The notes under the pieces: generated by a model
The model's input: only the letters and a program-made list of their open reading frames with translations
What the model was told of the DNA's origin: nothing
The model's database searches: none
Program-made: the position numbers and the translations under genes
Part shown: one piece after another, positions 39,936-49,033 of the stretch
How positions within the stretch are numbered: position 1 is the first letter of the stretch
Layout of the letters: each line of letters begins with the position of its first letter
Source: an uncultured Candidatus Saccharibacteria bacterium
GTDB lineage: Bacteria; Patescibacteriota; Minisyncoccia; Portnoybacterales; UBA2143
Length of the DNA: 64,000 nucleotides
Direction of reading: 5' to 3'
Assembly: GCA_964413015.1 (NCBI GenBank)
Contig: CAYPQZ010000006.1
Location: 74,415-138,414 of the forward strand

Positions 39936-41642
39936 GTGGGAAAATGGCCGACTGGCAAACAATGGACACGTTTTTTTAAAATTCTCACTTTTCGGGAACG
40001 CTGGATAGTCAGAAGCTTGATTTTTATCATTCTTGGCTCCTGTTTAACGTTGCTGATTCTCTTTTATCTTGAGAACACAATTATTGAACCTAGGATAGGC
40101 GGCGAATATCGGGAAGGCATTTTTGGTCAGCCAAGATATATTAACCCAGTCTTATCCCAGACGAACGATACTGACCGCGATCTGGTCCAGCTGATTTACT
40201 CAAGTTTGTTCAAATACGACAACCAAGGCAACCTTATCACCGACTTGGCCGAAAGATATGAAATCGGAGAAGAAGGTCTAGTTTACACTGTTTTTTTGAA
40301 AGAAAACGTTTATTGGCATAACGGAGAAAAATTTTCAGCTGATGATGTCATTTTTACCATTAAAACCATTCAGGACCCCGAATACAACAGTCCGCTAAGA
40401 AATATTTGGTTAGGAGTGGAAATTGAAAAAATTGATGAATTTACTGTTTCTTTTAAATTAAGCAGTATTTACGCTAATTTTCTCCACAATTTAACTGTTG
40501 GAATTTTGCCTAAGCATCTTTGGGCCGGTATTTCCGGACAGAATTTTCCTTTAGCGGTCTACAACCTCAAACCCATCGGTTCTGGTCCCTACAAATTCGA
40601 GGAATTTGCTAAAAATGAAGAAGGGCAAATTGAATCAATGGAATTAACTTACAACGAAAACTTTTATCTGTTATTTAAAGACAGGATCCAAGGCCCGTTT
40701 ATTAAAAAAATTATCTTTAAATTTTACAACAGTCAAGAATCGTTAACTAAAGCTTATCAACAAAGACAAATTGATGGATTGAGTTCTTTATCAACGTCCA
40801 ATCAGTCAAAAATCAGAAATAACCTTACCATTTACGAAATTAAGATGCCCATCTACTATGCTGTTTTCTTCAATCAGAATAAAAGCAAAGCTCTGGCTGA
40901 CAAGACTGTTCGAATGGCTTTAGCTTATGCAATTAATAAGGAAAAAATAATTGACGAAGTTCTTAACGGCAAAGGAACTCGGGTTGATTCACCTTTGCTG
41001 CCAAACTGGCCTAATTGCGCTTTGGAAACAAATATTTACGAGTTTGCCTTAGAGCACGCCCAGAATATTTTAGAAGCTGAGGGCTGGGTGGATTCGGACA
41101 ACGATAATATCAGAGAAAAGGAAGAAACCAAGCTTGAAATAGAAATGTTGGTTACTGATTGGTCTGAAATAAGAAGGACCGCTGAATTAATCAGAGAACA
41201 ATGGGAGAAAATCGGGGTTAAAATCAATTTAAAAATAGTTGAAGCGTCCGTTATTCAAAAGGATTATATCCGGCCTCGGGAATACCAAGCTCTTCTTTTC
41301 GGAGAAATTCTCGGCGCTGACCCGGACCCGTTCGCCTTTTGGCATTCCTCGCAAAAAAAAGACCCGGGCCTAAATCTATCCCTCTATCAAAACAAAGAAG
41401 TTGACAAACTGCTCCAAGATGCCCGGCAAACACTTGACCAGACCGTCCGCCAGGAAAAATACGCCGAATTTCAGAAGCTGTTGATTGAAGATATTCCCTG
41501 CATTTTTCTCTACAGCCCTAGCTACATTTACCCGGTTAATAAAAAAGTAAAAGGGATTTCCATAGAAAAAATGACTGAACCATCCCAAAGATTTTCTCAA
41601 GTAGAAAATTGGTACATCAAAACAAAAAGAATCTGGAAATAA
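39936..41642 (+). CDS. ABC transporter substrate-binding protein, family 5 (OppA/DppA-like)
   Basis: INPV, LIYSSL, WHNGE.FSADDV.FT, PIGSGPY, VRMALAYAI; N-terminal TM; start uncertain. Confidence 0.9.
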   Translation: MGKWPTGKQWTRFFKILTFRERWIVRSLIFIILGSCLTLLILFYLENTIIEPRIGGEYREGIFGQPRYINPVLSQTNDTDRDLVQLIYSSLFKYDNQGNLITDLAERYEIGEEGLVYTVFLKENVYWHNGEKFSADDVIFTIKTIQDPEYNSPLRNIWLGVEIEKIDEFTVSFKLSSIYANFLHNLTVGILPKHLWAGISGQNFPLAVYNLKPIGSGPYKFEEFAKNEEGQIESMELTYNENFYLLFKDRIQGPFIKKIIFKFYNSQESLTKAYQQRQIDGLSSLSTSNQSKIRNNLTIYEIKMPIYYAVFFNQNKSKALADKTVRMALAYAINKEKIIDEVLNGKGTRVDSPLLPNWPNCALETNIYEFALEHAQNILEAEGWVDSDNDNIREKEETKLEIEMLVTDWSEIRRTAELIREQWEKIGVKINLKIVEASVIQKDYIRPREYQALLFGEILGADPDPFAFWHSSQKKDPGLNLSLYQNKEVDKLLQDARQTLDQTVRQEKYAEFQKLLIEDIPCIFLYSPSYIYPVNKKVKGISIEKMTEPSQRFSQVENWYIKTKRIWK

Positions 41643-41644
41643 TT

Positions 41645-42361
41645 ATGAATCTAGAAAAAATTAAGCCGAATATCCGTTATCTGCTGGATATGAAAAAACT
41701 TCTTTTTGACCAGCCTTGGGCTGAAACAGCCCCCGATTTAGAGCTTTACTATATGTACCGTGACTTAGCAGAGAACGAGAAAGACAGAGAAGTCATAGCT
41801 AAAAATGGATTAAGATATGACATTACAGTAATGCCCTTTATTATGTTGGGCCGGGAATACAACAAAACAGCCGGTCATGATCATCCGTTGGTTCCTAAAA
41901 CCAATTTAACCTATCCAGAAATTTATGAAATTTTAGAAGGAGAAGCTGTTTTCCTTTTTCAGGATTCTCATGGAGACGAAATCAAGGATGTTTACGCGAT
42001 TCAGGCTAAAAAAAACGACAAAGTCATTGTTCCGCCTAATTACGAACATTTGATGATAAACATTTCCGTAGAAAAGCTAAAAACCGCCAATTGGGTTTGT
42101 CGGGAATTTGAATTCAATATTTACAAACCCTTCAGACAAAAACACGGATTTTGTTATTTTGCCCTTAAGAATGGCTCGCAGGAAATAGAATGGGTTAAAA
42201 ACAAAAATTATAGCTCAATTCCTGATTTAAGATTTTTAGAGCCGAATCAATGGTTGGAAAGGTTCAATATAGATGCCAAGAAAGACCTCTACTCCCTAAT
42301 TGAGAACTTAAAAAAACTGGATTTTCTTAAGAATCCGGAAATGCTCAAGGATTTAAAATAA
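41645..42361 (+). CDS. Cupin-type (archaeal-like) glucose-6-phosphate isomerase
   Basis: LYYMYRD, LRYDIT, EYNKTAGHDH, YPEIYEIL.G, VPPNYEH. Confidence 0.85.
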   Translation: MNLEKIKPNIRYLLDMKKLLFDQPWAETAPDLELYYMYRDLAENEKDREVIAKNGLRYDITVMPFIMLGREYNKTAGHDHPLVPKTNLTYPEIYEILEGEAVFLFQDSHGDEIKDVYAIQAKKNDKVIVPPNYEHLMINISVEKLKTANWVCREFEFNIYKPFRQKHGFCYFALKNGSQEIEWVKNKNYSSIPDLRFLEPNQWLERFNIDAKKDLYSLIENLKKLDFLKNPEMLKDLK

Positions 42362-42394
42362 AAAAGCCCTTAGATTTACTCCAAATAGGGCTTT
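42359..42394. terminator. Probable terminator between convergent genes
   Basis: AAAAAAGCCCT...AGGGCTTT. Confidence 0.55.
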
Positions 42395-42402
42395 AATGAA
42401 AA

Positions 42403-42651
42403 TTATTCTTTAGCATCGCCGCCTATATTTATAGGCTCATAGGCGACTATTTTATATGCTCCTTTATCCTTGTCGGTAACTGCAAATATCTTTGGTATTG
42501 TTTTTCGGTTGGCTCCCTTAATATTATACAACCTTATTTCTGCAGTCGGGCTATCTTTGCGAAGAAGCATAAAAGAAGAATCAAGCTCTTCAATTTCTCC
42601 TTCCTGGAAATAAATATTATTGATCTTAAGTTCAGTAATTGGATTTTTCAT
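42403..42651 (-). CDS. Small hypothetical protein
   Basis: 82 aa, AGAGGAG Shine-Dalgarno upstream. Confidence 0.55.
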   Translation of the reverse strand: MKNPITELKINNIYFQEGEIEELDSSFMLLRKDSPTAEIRLYNIKGANRKTIPKIFAVTDKDKGAYKIVAYEPINIGGDAKE

Positions 42652-42728
42652 TTTTCTTCTCCTCTAAGATTTAAATTTAAAGAACTAAATATAATCTACT
42701 CTATAATTTTTAATTAATCAAGGGCGAG

Positions 42729-42856
42729 CCCCGTAGAGAAATTTTGAAACATTCGCCTAGGCGAATAATAAACGGGGTAAAAAATAAGTACACGAATAAA
42801 AAGAGTTCCGAATAATTAAAAATTAGTGAATTTAAATTCAAAATTCTTCTACGGGG
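42729..42856 (+). mobile_element. Family B MITE-like element inserted at the 5' end of tRNA-Leu
   Basis: GGGCGAG|CCCCGTAGAGAAATTTTGAA...TTCAAAATTCTTCTACGGGG|CGAG; tRNA 5' acceptor strand duplicated. Confidence 0.82.
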
Positions 42857-42936
42857 CGAGTGGTGAAATGGCAAACACGCTAGCTTCAGGAGCTAGTGGA
42901 GGCAACTCCTTGCGGGTTCAAATCCCGCCTCGCCCA
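42854..42936 (+). tRNA. tRNA-Leu(CAG)
   Basis: GGGCGAG/CTCGCCC acceptor, CTAGC-TTCAGGA-GCTAG anticodon arm, variable arm GGAG-GCAA-CTCC, GGTTCAAATCC. Confidence 0.95.
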
Positions 42937-43011
42937 CGCGTTTTTTATCCAAAACTTGTTTTGGGTATAAAAAACAGTGTCCGCCTCTGTCGGACTATAA
43001 ACAGCAACTTT

Positions 43012-44685
43012 ATGACAACAACACAAAATCTAAAAATTATCCCCTTGGGAGGTTTGGAAGAAGTCGGCCGGAATATGACAGTTTTTGAATATGGCCAGGA
43101 CATCATCATTGTTGATATGGGCCTACAGTTTCCCGGAGAAGCTATGCCCGGCATTGACTACATTATTCCCAATACCGCCTATCTTAAGGATAAGAAAGAT
43201 AAAATCCGCGGGGTAATTATTACCCACGGGCACTATGACCACATCGGAGCGATCCCCCATTCTATAGGACGTTTAGGCAATCCGCCTATTTACGCAACTG
43301 CCTTAACCAAAGGGATAATTCTCAAAAGACAGGACGATTTCCCTGACGCGCCGAAATTAGATATCCACCAAATTGAAAAGACTGACAAAATAAAGCTGGG
43401 TTGTTTTAACATTGAATTTTTTCATGTTAATCATAATATCCCCGGCGGAGTTGGCTTGGTTATTGGAACTCCAATCGGGAAAATTGTCCATACTGGAGAT
43501 TTTAAATTTGACCACAGTCCGATTGGCGATGAACCGGCTGACATTTCGCGCATTAGCGAAATATCTAATAGCGGTATCTTGGCTTTAATGTCTGACAGCT
43601 GTAATGCTGAAAAACCAGGCCATTCTATTTCCGAGAAAGATATTCAGGATAATCTGGAAAAAATATTCAAAGAATCATCCGGCCGAATTATTATCGCTAC
43701 CTTTGCTTCTTTAATAAGCCGAATTCAGGAAGTAATCAATCTGGCTGAGAAATACGGCCGGAAAGTAGCCATTGATGGATACAGTATGAAAATGAACACC
43801 CAGATCGCCAAAAAATTGGGATATATTAAAACTGAAAAAGGAACTTTGATAAAAATAAGCCAAGTAGACAATTACCCTAACAAGGAAATAGTCATTCTGT
43901 GCACCGGCGCTCAAGGCGAAGGAAACGCCGTACTAATGAGAATCGTTAATAAAGAGCACCGTCATGTTCAAATTAAGAAAGGCGATGTAGCAGTTTTCTC
44001 ATCATCAGTTGTTCCAGGCAACGAAAGGACGGTCCAAAATCTTAAAGATATTATCTGGAGGCAGGGCGCCCGGGTTTATCATTATCAAATGATGGACATT
44101 CATGCCGGTGGACATGCCCAGGCGGAAGACCTTAAAATGATGATTAACCTAGTCAGGCCTAAATTCTTCATTCCGGTCCACGGCAGCTACTATATGCTTA
44201 AACTGCACGGAGAAATAGCTGAAAGCGTAGGTATTAGCGAAAAGAATATTATTATTGCCGGCAATGGCAACGTTATTTCCGCCAATAAGGATACGCTTAA
44301 GTTGACTGACGAAAAAGTTCCGGCTAACTATGTTATGGTTGACGGATTAGGAGTCGGCGACGTCGGCCAAGTTGTTTTGCGCGACCGGCAGACAATGGCC
44401 GAAGAAGGCATGTTTGTGATTATTGCCACTATTGACAGCAAAACCGGCAAAGTCCAAGGAGAACCCGATATTATTTCCCGCGGCTTTGTCTATTTAAGAG
44501 AATCGAAAGAGCTTCTTTATCAAACAAGAGAAAAAGTCAAAAAGATTGTTGAACAGGCGTCTTCAGACGAGCATACGGTAAACTGGAGTTATGTTAAGGA
44601 TAATATACGTGACAAAATTGGACAATTCCTTTATACTAAAACACAGAGAAGGCCTATGGTCTTACCGGTAGTAATTGAAATTTAG
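43012..44685 (+). CDS. rnj: Ribonuclease J
   Basis: PLGGLEEVGRNM, THGHYDHIG, HTGDFK, HAGGHA, TQRRPMVLP; start reset to 43012. Confidence 0.97.
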   Translation: MTTTQNLKIIPLGGLEEVGRNMTVFEYGQDIIIVDMGLQFPGEAMPGIDYIIPNTAYLKDKKDKIRGVIITHGHYDHIGAIPHSIGRLGNPPIYATALTKGIILKRQDDFPDAPKLDIHQIEKTDKIKLGCFNIEFFHVNHNIPGGVGLVIGTPIGKIVHTGDFKFDHSPIGDEPADISRISEISNSGILALMSDSCNAEKPGHSISEKDIQDNLEKIFKESSGRIIIATFASLISRIQEVINLAEKYGRKVAIDGYSMKMNTQIAKKLGYIKTEKGTLIKISQVDNYPNKEIVILCTGAQGEGNAVLMRIVNKEHRHVQIKKGDVAVFSSSVVPGNERTVQNLKDIIWRQGARVYHYQMMDIHAGGHAQAEDLKMMINLVRPKFFIPVHGSYYMLKLHGEIAESVGISEKNIIIAGNGNVISANKDTLKLTDEKVPANYVMVDGLGVGDVGQVVLRDRQTMAEEGMFVIIATIDSKTGKVQGEPDIISRGFVYLRESKELLYQTREKVKKIVEQASSDEHTVNWSYVKDNIRDKIGQFLYTKTQRRPMVLPVVIEI

Positions 44686-44751
44686 TTCTTTATTAAAACT
44701 GAATATATGGAGGGAAAGGTCGAAAATAATCCACAAAGAAAGGAAATATCT

Positions 44752-45387
44752 ATGTTAGACAAAAAAGAAAAAGGTGGAGAATCCCCATTAGACAGCGGCC
44801 CCCAATTTAGCTTTGAGGATAAAAATAGCAAAGGATGGATTAAGCGATACGGCAGTTCAGTTATTCTACCAGTAATCGCCCTTTTAATTTTAGCCGGCGG
44901 CATATATTTGTACGCTAATCAGAAAAGCCGGGACGAGTCGTTTTTACCGTCATCAGAACAAGAGCTTACGGCTGACCTGCAGGGGGAAATAGACGCTTTG
45001 AATCAAGAGATGGAACAGAATGGGCAAATTACCCAATTAGAATCAGAAGAAGAGTTAGATAACCAAGTTATTGAAATTATTCCGGCCGGACGTAAAGAAA
45101 ACGATTCAATTGTGGAAAAAGCGGTTGCCGGAAACGGGGTAACTCATTTAGCCCGTCGAGCACTTAAAGATTACCTTAATGATAAACCTCAAGAGATGAC
45201 CAATGAGCATAAGATCTATATTGAGGATTATCTTAAAGACGAGATTGGTTCTCATCCGCTGAATATTGGAGATGAAATCGCCTTTTCCGAAGATTTGATA
45301 AAAGAAGCCATTGACGCTTCTATGCAATTAACTCCGGAACAACTAAAGAATCTTGAAAAATACAGCGCTTTAGTTGTCTCTTGGTAA
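44752..45387 (+). CDS. Membrane-anchored hypothetical protein
   Basis: Single TM, acidic linker, C-terminal domain with GNGVTHLARRAL. Confidence 0.75.
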   Translation: MLDKKEKGGESPLDSGPQFSFEDKNSKGWIKRYGSSVILPVIALLILAGGIYLYANQKSRDESFLPSSEQELTADLQGEIDALNQEMEQNGQITQLESEEELDNQVIEIIPAGRKENDSIVEKAVAGNGVTHLARRALKDYLNDKPQEMTNEHKIYIEDYLKDEIGSHPLNIGDEIAFSEDLIKEAIDASMQLTPEQLKNLEKYSALVVSW

Positions 45388-45418
45388 AATCTCAGTTCTT
45401 TATTTTAATTAATCTAAA

Positions 45419-45456
45419 AATCATAAAAGTCCCGGACGAACGGGGCTTTTATGATT
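45419..45456. terminator. Probable bidirectional terminator
   Basis: AATCATAAAAGTCCCG...CGGGGCTTTTATGATT between convergent genes. Confidence 0.7.
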
Positions 45457-45460
45457 AAAA

Positions 45461-45575
45461 AAAAGACAGTCCTTAAAATGATGTCCCTTGAGCACAAAGG
45501 CGTCATTTTAAAGACTGTCCTTATCAGTTTCCCCTTGTCAAAATTTAAATCCTTAAATTTTTAAACTGTCCTTTA
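45461..45575 (+). repeat. Family A element
   Basis: GACAGTCCTTAAAATGATGTCCCTTGAGCACAAAGGCGTCATTTTAAAGACTGTCCTTATCAGTTTCCCCTTGTCAAAATTTAA. Confidence 0.93.
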
Positions 45576-45581
45576 ACTAAC

Positions 45582-46889
45582 TTAATCGAAGTACTGCTCT
45601 TGGAAATTGGCGGTTAATTGGATTACGTAATCAGTCACCTTGCTGTATACCCAGCGGCTGTAATATCCGCCGCCTAAGTATTTAGCATAAGCAGTTCTTT
45701 CTCCTATTTCATTCTTCTGGGTAGCTCCGCCATTAGCTAATTTAATAGCCGCCGCCATAAAAGCATCCTGATGATTCCAAGGGCTAGGAGGATTATGCCC
45801 GGTTAAAGAAGCTACTTGGTCTCGATAGGCTAACCAGGTAGTCGGCATAAATTGGGCTATTCCCATGGCTCCGCCGCAACCATACCAAGGTTCAGCCGAA
45901 ACTGGCTGTGAGTCAGGATTAATCCCCAATTCATGGCAAATCTGCAAAAAAGCGGTTTTTTCCTTCTCGGCCCTAGTAAGATAGCCTAGGCTCTGGTAAC
46001 ACTGGTACATATCTTTCTTCCAATTGCCAGTCCCAACATTAAGGCCTAAACGCGATTCAGCCTCTAAAACTCCCAATAGAAAAGCCGGCCTAATGCCGGT
46101 TTTAGATGCAGCCAAAACAGCATACTGGATGGCTTCATCTTTATCAGCTAAAAATGAAATCTGTTCGGCGATATTCAGAATTGCGCTTTCAGCATTTTTA
46201 ATTAATTGCTGGAATCGATACTCTTCACCTTTGGTCTGTTCTAATAAATCTTCTTTTTGCCATTGTTTGTTTTCGACGGTTCTTTTTTGAATTAATTGAA
46301 GCGATTTTAGACGATTTTGCTCTTCTCTTTCGCTTTCCAGTTCGTCTCTTTTATCTTTAAATTCACTTTTTAACTCATGGACATAAACTAAAATGCCCTG
46401 GGTTTGCTCTTGGACGTTTTCCAAAGCGCTGAGCTGGTTAAAAAAATCAGAAAATTTATCGTTTCTTAAAGCCATTTCTAAAAGAGTATACTGGTCGTAC
46501 AAAGCGACCATCCGGATATATTCAGCTAAAAGATCTTTTTTTTGGTCTATCTGCTTGTTTAATTCATTAATCTCAACATCTATTTCTTGAATATTAAAAG
46601 TGCTTTGCTGAATAACCAAATCTAGCTGCCTGGCCTCAATCTGAATTTGGCTAATTTGGTCCTCCAAAATCTCAATTTCATTTGAAAGAGTCCTTTCTTT
46701 ATGTTTGTTTTCCTGAATTTTCTGCTGGTACTGATTAATTTCCTGTTGTTTTTGCTTAATTTGATTTTCTAAATCCTCCTTAATTTCATCAAAATTAGCA
46801 GCTTGGGTGATAAAAGGAGCTGAGAGAAGAATTAATAGTAAAATAGTTATTGAACAAAGATTATAGCCAGTTTTTATCTTCTGGTTCAT
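45582..46889 (-). CDS. Secreted coiled-coil protein with lytic transglycosylase (MltB/SLT-like) domain
   Basis: Signal peptide, long coiled coil, ES catalytic motif (EAES), GAMGIAQFMPTTW, SPWN..DA. Confidence 0.87.
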   Translation of the reverse strand: MNQKIKTGYNLCSITILLLILLSAPFITQAANFDEIKEDLENQIKQKQQEINQYQQKIQENKHKERTLSNEIEILEDQISQIQIEARQLDLVIQQSTFNIQEIDVEINELNKQIDQKKDLLAEYIRMVALYDQYTLLEMALRNDKFSDFFNQLSALENVQEQTQGILVYVHELKSEFKDKRDELESEREEQNRLKSLQLIQKRTVENKQWQKEDLLEQTKGEEYRFQQLIKNAESAILNIAEQISFLADKDEAIQYAVLAASKTGIRPAFLLGVLEAESRLGLNVGTGNWKKDMYQCYQSLGYLTRAEKEKTAFLQICHELGINPDSQPVSAEPWYGCGGAMGIAQFMPTTWLAYRDQVASLTGHNPPSPWNHQDAFMAAAIKLANGGATQKNEIGERTAYAKYLGGGYYSRWVYSKVTDYVIQLTANFQEQYFD

Positions 46890-46894
46890 TTTTT

Positions 46895-47608
46895 TTATTC
46901 TTCTTTCCCGATGCCTTCAGGTTGGGGCCTCGATTTTAGATCGGGGCTTTCTTCGTCTCTGGCCTCTTCCCTCTTTTCCTCCTCAACCTGTTCAATTTCT
47001 TCAACCGGCGCCTCTTCAAGTTCTTCCAATTCAGCCTTGGTTCTAGGCGGAACAACCGAAGCAACTACTTCTTTATCTTCGGCTGTTATTTCTGCTCTTG
47101 CCGGAATCTTTAAATCTTTAACATAGATGTTGTCGTCAAAGGTTTTTAAACAAGAAATATCCACTTCAATTTCTCGAGGCAAATCCAGCGGCAAGGCTTT
47201 TACTTCAATTGAGTTAAAGTTCTTAATCAACACGCCGCCTTCACGGTCAACTGCCAACGATTTACCATTAAAAACTAGAGGAACTTCCGTAGTAATCGGT
47301 TCATCCATTTTAACCTGGTAAAAATCAACGTGGATAATTTTGTCGCTAACCGGATCTTTATCAAGGCTGTGAATTAAAACTATCCTTTCTTTTTTGCCTG
47401 CTGTAGATTCTCCTCTCTCCAGATCAAGCTTGATTAAAGCGCTTTCCCCGGCTTTTTGATAAACTTTTTTAAAATCTTTTTGTTTTATCGATAAAAGCAA
47501 GTTTTTCACTTTATGCCCATACAAAATAGCCGGAATTATGCCTTGCTTCCGAATTTGCTTATTCTGACGGCCGGTCGCTGACCGCAACTGAGCTAATAGT
47601 TCTAACAT
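46895..47608 (-). CDS. rplY: 50S ribosomal protein L25/Ctc
   Basis: IPAILYG, IIHVDFY, LP.DLP.EIEVDIS; acidic tail; start reset to 47608. Confidence 0.95.
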   Translation of the reverse strand: MLELLAQLRSATGRQNKQIRKQGIIPAILYGHKVKNLLLSIKQKDFKKVYQKAGESALIKLDLERGESTAGKKERIVLIHSLDKDPVSDKIIHVDFYQVKMDEPITTEVPLVFNGKSLAVDREGGVLIKNFNSIEVKALPLDLPREIEVDISCLKTFDDNIYVKDLKIPARAEITAEDKEVVASVVPPRTKAELEELEEAPVEEIEQVEEEKREEARDEESPDLKSRPQPEGIGKEE

Positions 47609-47657
47609 ATTGACTATTCTAACTAAAAAACCACCTCGGGTCAAGGATTCAGCATAA

Positions 47658-47823
47658 TTAAAGGACAGTCCTTAAAATGATGTCCCTTGAGCACAAGGGC
47701 GTCATTTTAAAGACTGTCCTTATCTGCTCCCCTTTGTCAAAATTTAAGGAGTCGTCCTTTCAAACACGCCCTTCGCAATTCTGCAAAGGGACGTGACTCT
47801 CAATGACAATCCTTAAATTTTTT
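47658..47823 (+). repeat. Family A element (long copy)
   Basis: Hairpin, TTGTCAAAATTTAAGGAGTCGTCCTTT, then CTCAATGACAATCCTTAAATTTTT. Confidence 0.93.
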
Positions 47824-47831
47824 AATGAACC

Positions 47832-48020
47832 TTACTCTTCCTTCTCAATCGCCTGAACTGGACAGATGTCTATAGCTTCTTGGACGCATTGGTCGTCTGC
47901 ATCTTCTTTCCCCTCTTTAATATGCGCTTTATTTTCGTTATCCATTTCAAAAACATCCGGGCAAACAGCTGTACAGCTGCCACAACCAAGACATTTTTCT
48001 TTGTCTATTTTTATACTCAT
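47832..48020 (-). CDS. Ferredoxin (single 4Fe-4S type)
   Basis: CLGCGSC...CP and C-terminal CPVQAI. Confidence 0.92.
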   Translation of the reverse strand: MSIKIDKEKCLGCGSCTAVCPDVFEMDNENKAHIKEGKEDADDQCVQEAIDICPVQAIEKEE

Positions 48021-48021
48021 A

Positions 48022-48158
48022 CACCGTAGAAGAATTTTGAATTTTAATCAATAACATTGATTAATAATCTAAGATTCTTCCTTATTTAATTATTCCTATA
48101 TACCCCGTTTTATTAAATTAAATATTTAATTTAATTATTTCAAAATTTCTCTACGGGG
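48022..48158 (-). mobile_element. Family B MITE-like element with TCATA target duplication between fba and ferredoxin
   Basis: TCATA|CACCGTAGAAGAATTTTGAA...CAAAATTTCTCTACGGGG|TCATA. Confidence 0.85.
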
Positions 48159-49025
48159 TCATAATCTGTTATTGCTTTTAAATAATTTAATTTTTTCTTC
48201 AACGACCTTTTGGACCGTTTCGACTACCGACGGCATTATTTTATAAGGAGTAGTCTGTTTGGGATTCTCCTTTAGAAATTTCCTGAGCGCCTTGGCATAA
48301 GCAAGACGCAATTCCGTATTTACATTAATTTTAACGATTCCCGATTCAACAGCTTTCTGAATATCGTCTTCCGGAGTACCAGAGCCTCCATGAAGAACTA
48401 AAAAGACTTCTTTGCCTAAAACGCTATTGATTTCTTTTAGACGGTCTATGAAAAGATGAGGGTTGCCGGAAATATCATTCTTCTTAATAATTCCATGGAT
48501 ATTGCCAATAGCTATTGCTAAGCTTGTCACTCCTGTATTTTTAATAAATTCCTTGGCCTGCTTCGGCTTTGTCAAATCCTCTTCTTTGATTTCCATTGAT
48601 TCTTGCAAAGACGAACTGCCCCTTAAATAACCAATTTCACCTTCAACGTTTTGAATCCCTTTCCCCTTAGCTAAATTAACCACTTTCTTGGTCATCTTTA
48701 TGTTTTCCTCAAAGCTTAATTCTGAGCCGTCAAACTGGACAGAATCGTATCCGCTTTCAACCGCTTTTTGAATAATCTCCCATGACTTGCCGTGATCCAG
48801 ATGTAAAAAGATTGGCAAGCCGGTTTCTTTTTTGTAAACATTAATTAAAGCTCTAATCTGTCTTACTCCAATAAAATTACTTTCCCCTTGGGAAGTAGCG
48901 ACAATAACCGGACTTTCTAATTTTTGAGCAGCCTGAACAATCGCTTTCACTTGCTCTAAATTAGAGACATTAAAAGCCCCGATGGCATAATGATTAGTTT
49001 GCGCTTTTTTGAATACGTCTAACAT
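48159..49025 (-). CDS. fba: Class II fructose-bisphosphate aldolase
   Basis: AIGAFN, HLDHG, DGS, EGEIG, GNIHG, LVLHGGSG, KINVNTE. Confidence 0.95.
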   Translation of the reverse strand: MLDVFKKAQTNHYAIGAFNVSNLEQVKAIVQAAQKLESPVIVATSQGESNFIGVRQIRALINVYKKETGLPIFLHLDHGKSWEIIQKAVESGYDSVQFDGSELSFEENIKMTKKVVNLAKGKGIQNVEGEIGYLRGSSSLQESMEIKEEDLTKPKQAKEFIKNTGVTSLAIAIGNIHGIIKKNDISGNPHLFIDRLKEINSVLGKEVFLVLHGGSGTPEDDIQKAVESGIVKINVNTELRLAYAKALRKFLKENPKQTTPYKIMPSVVETVQKVVEEKIKLFKSNNRL

Positions 49026-49033
49026 ATTTTTGA

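Noticed and set aside
42826-43011. N-terminal extension of RNase J
   Set aside because: It overlaps the family B element and tRNA-Leu; homology starts at ATG 43012.
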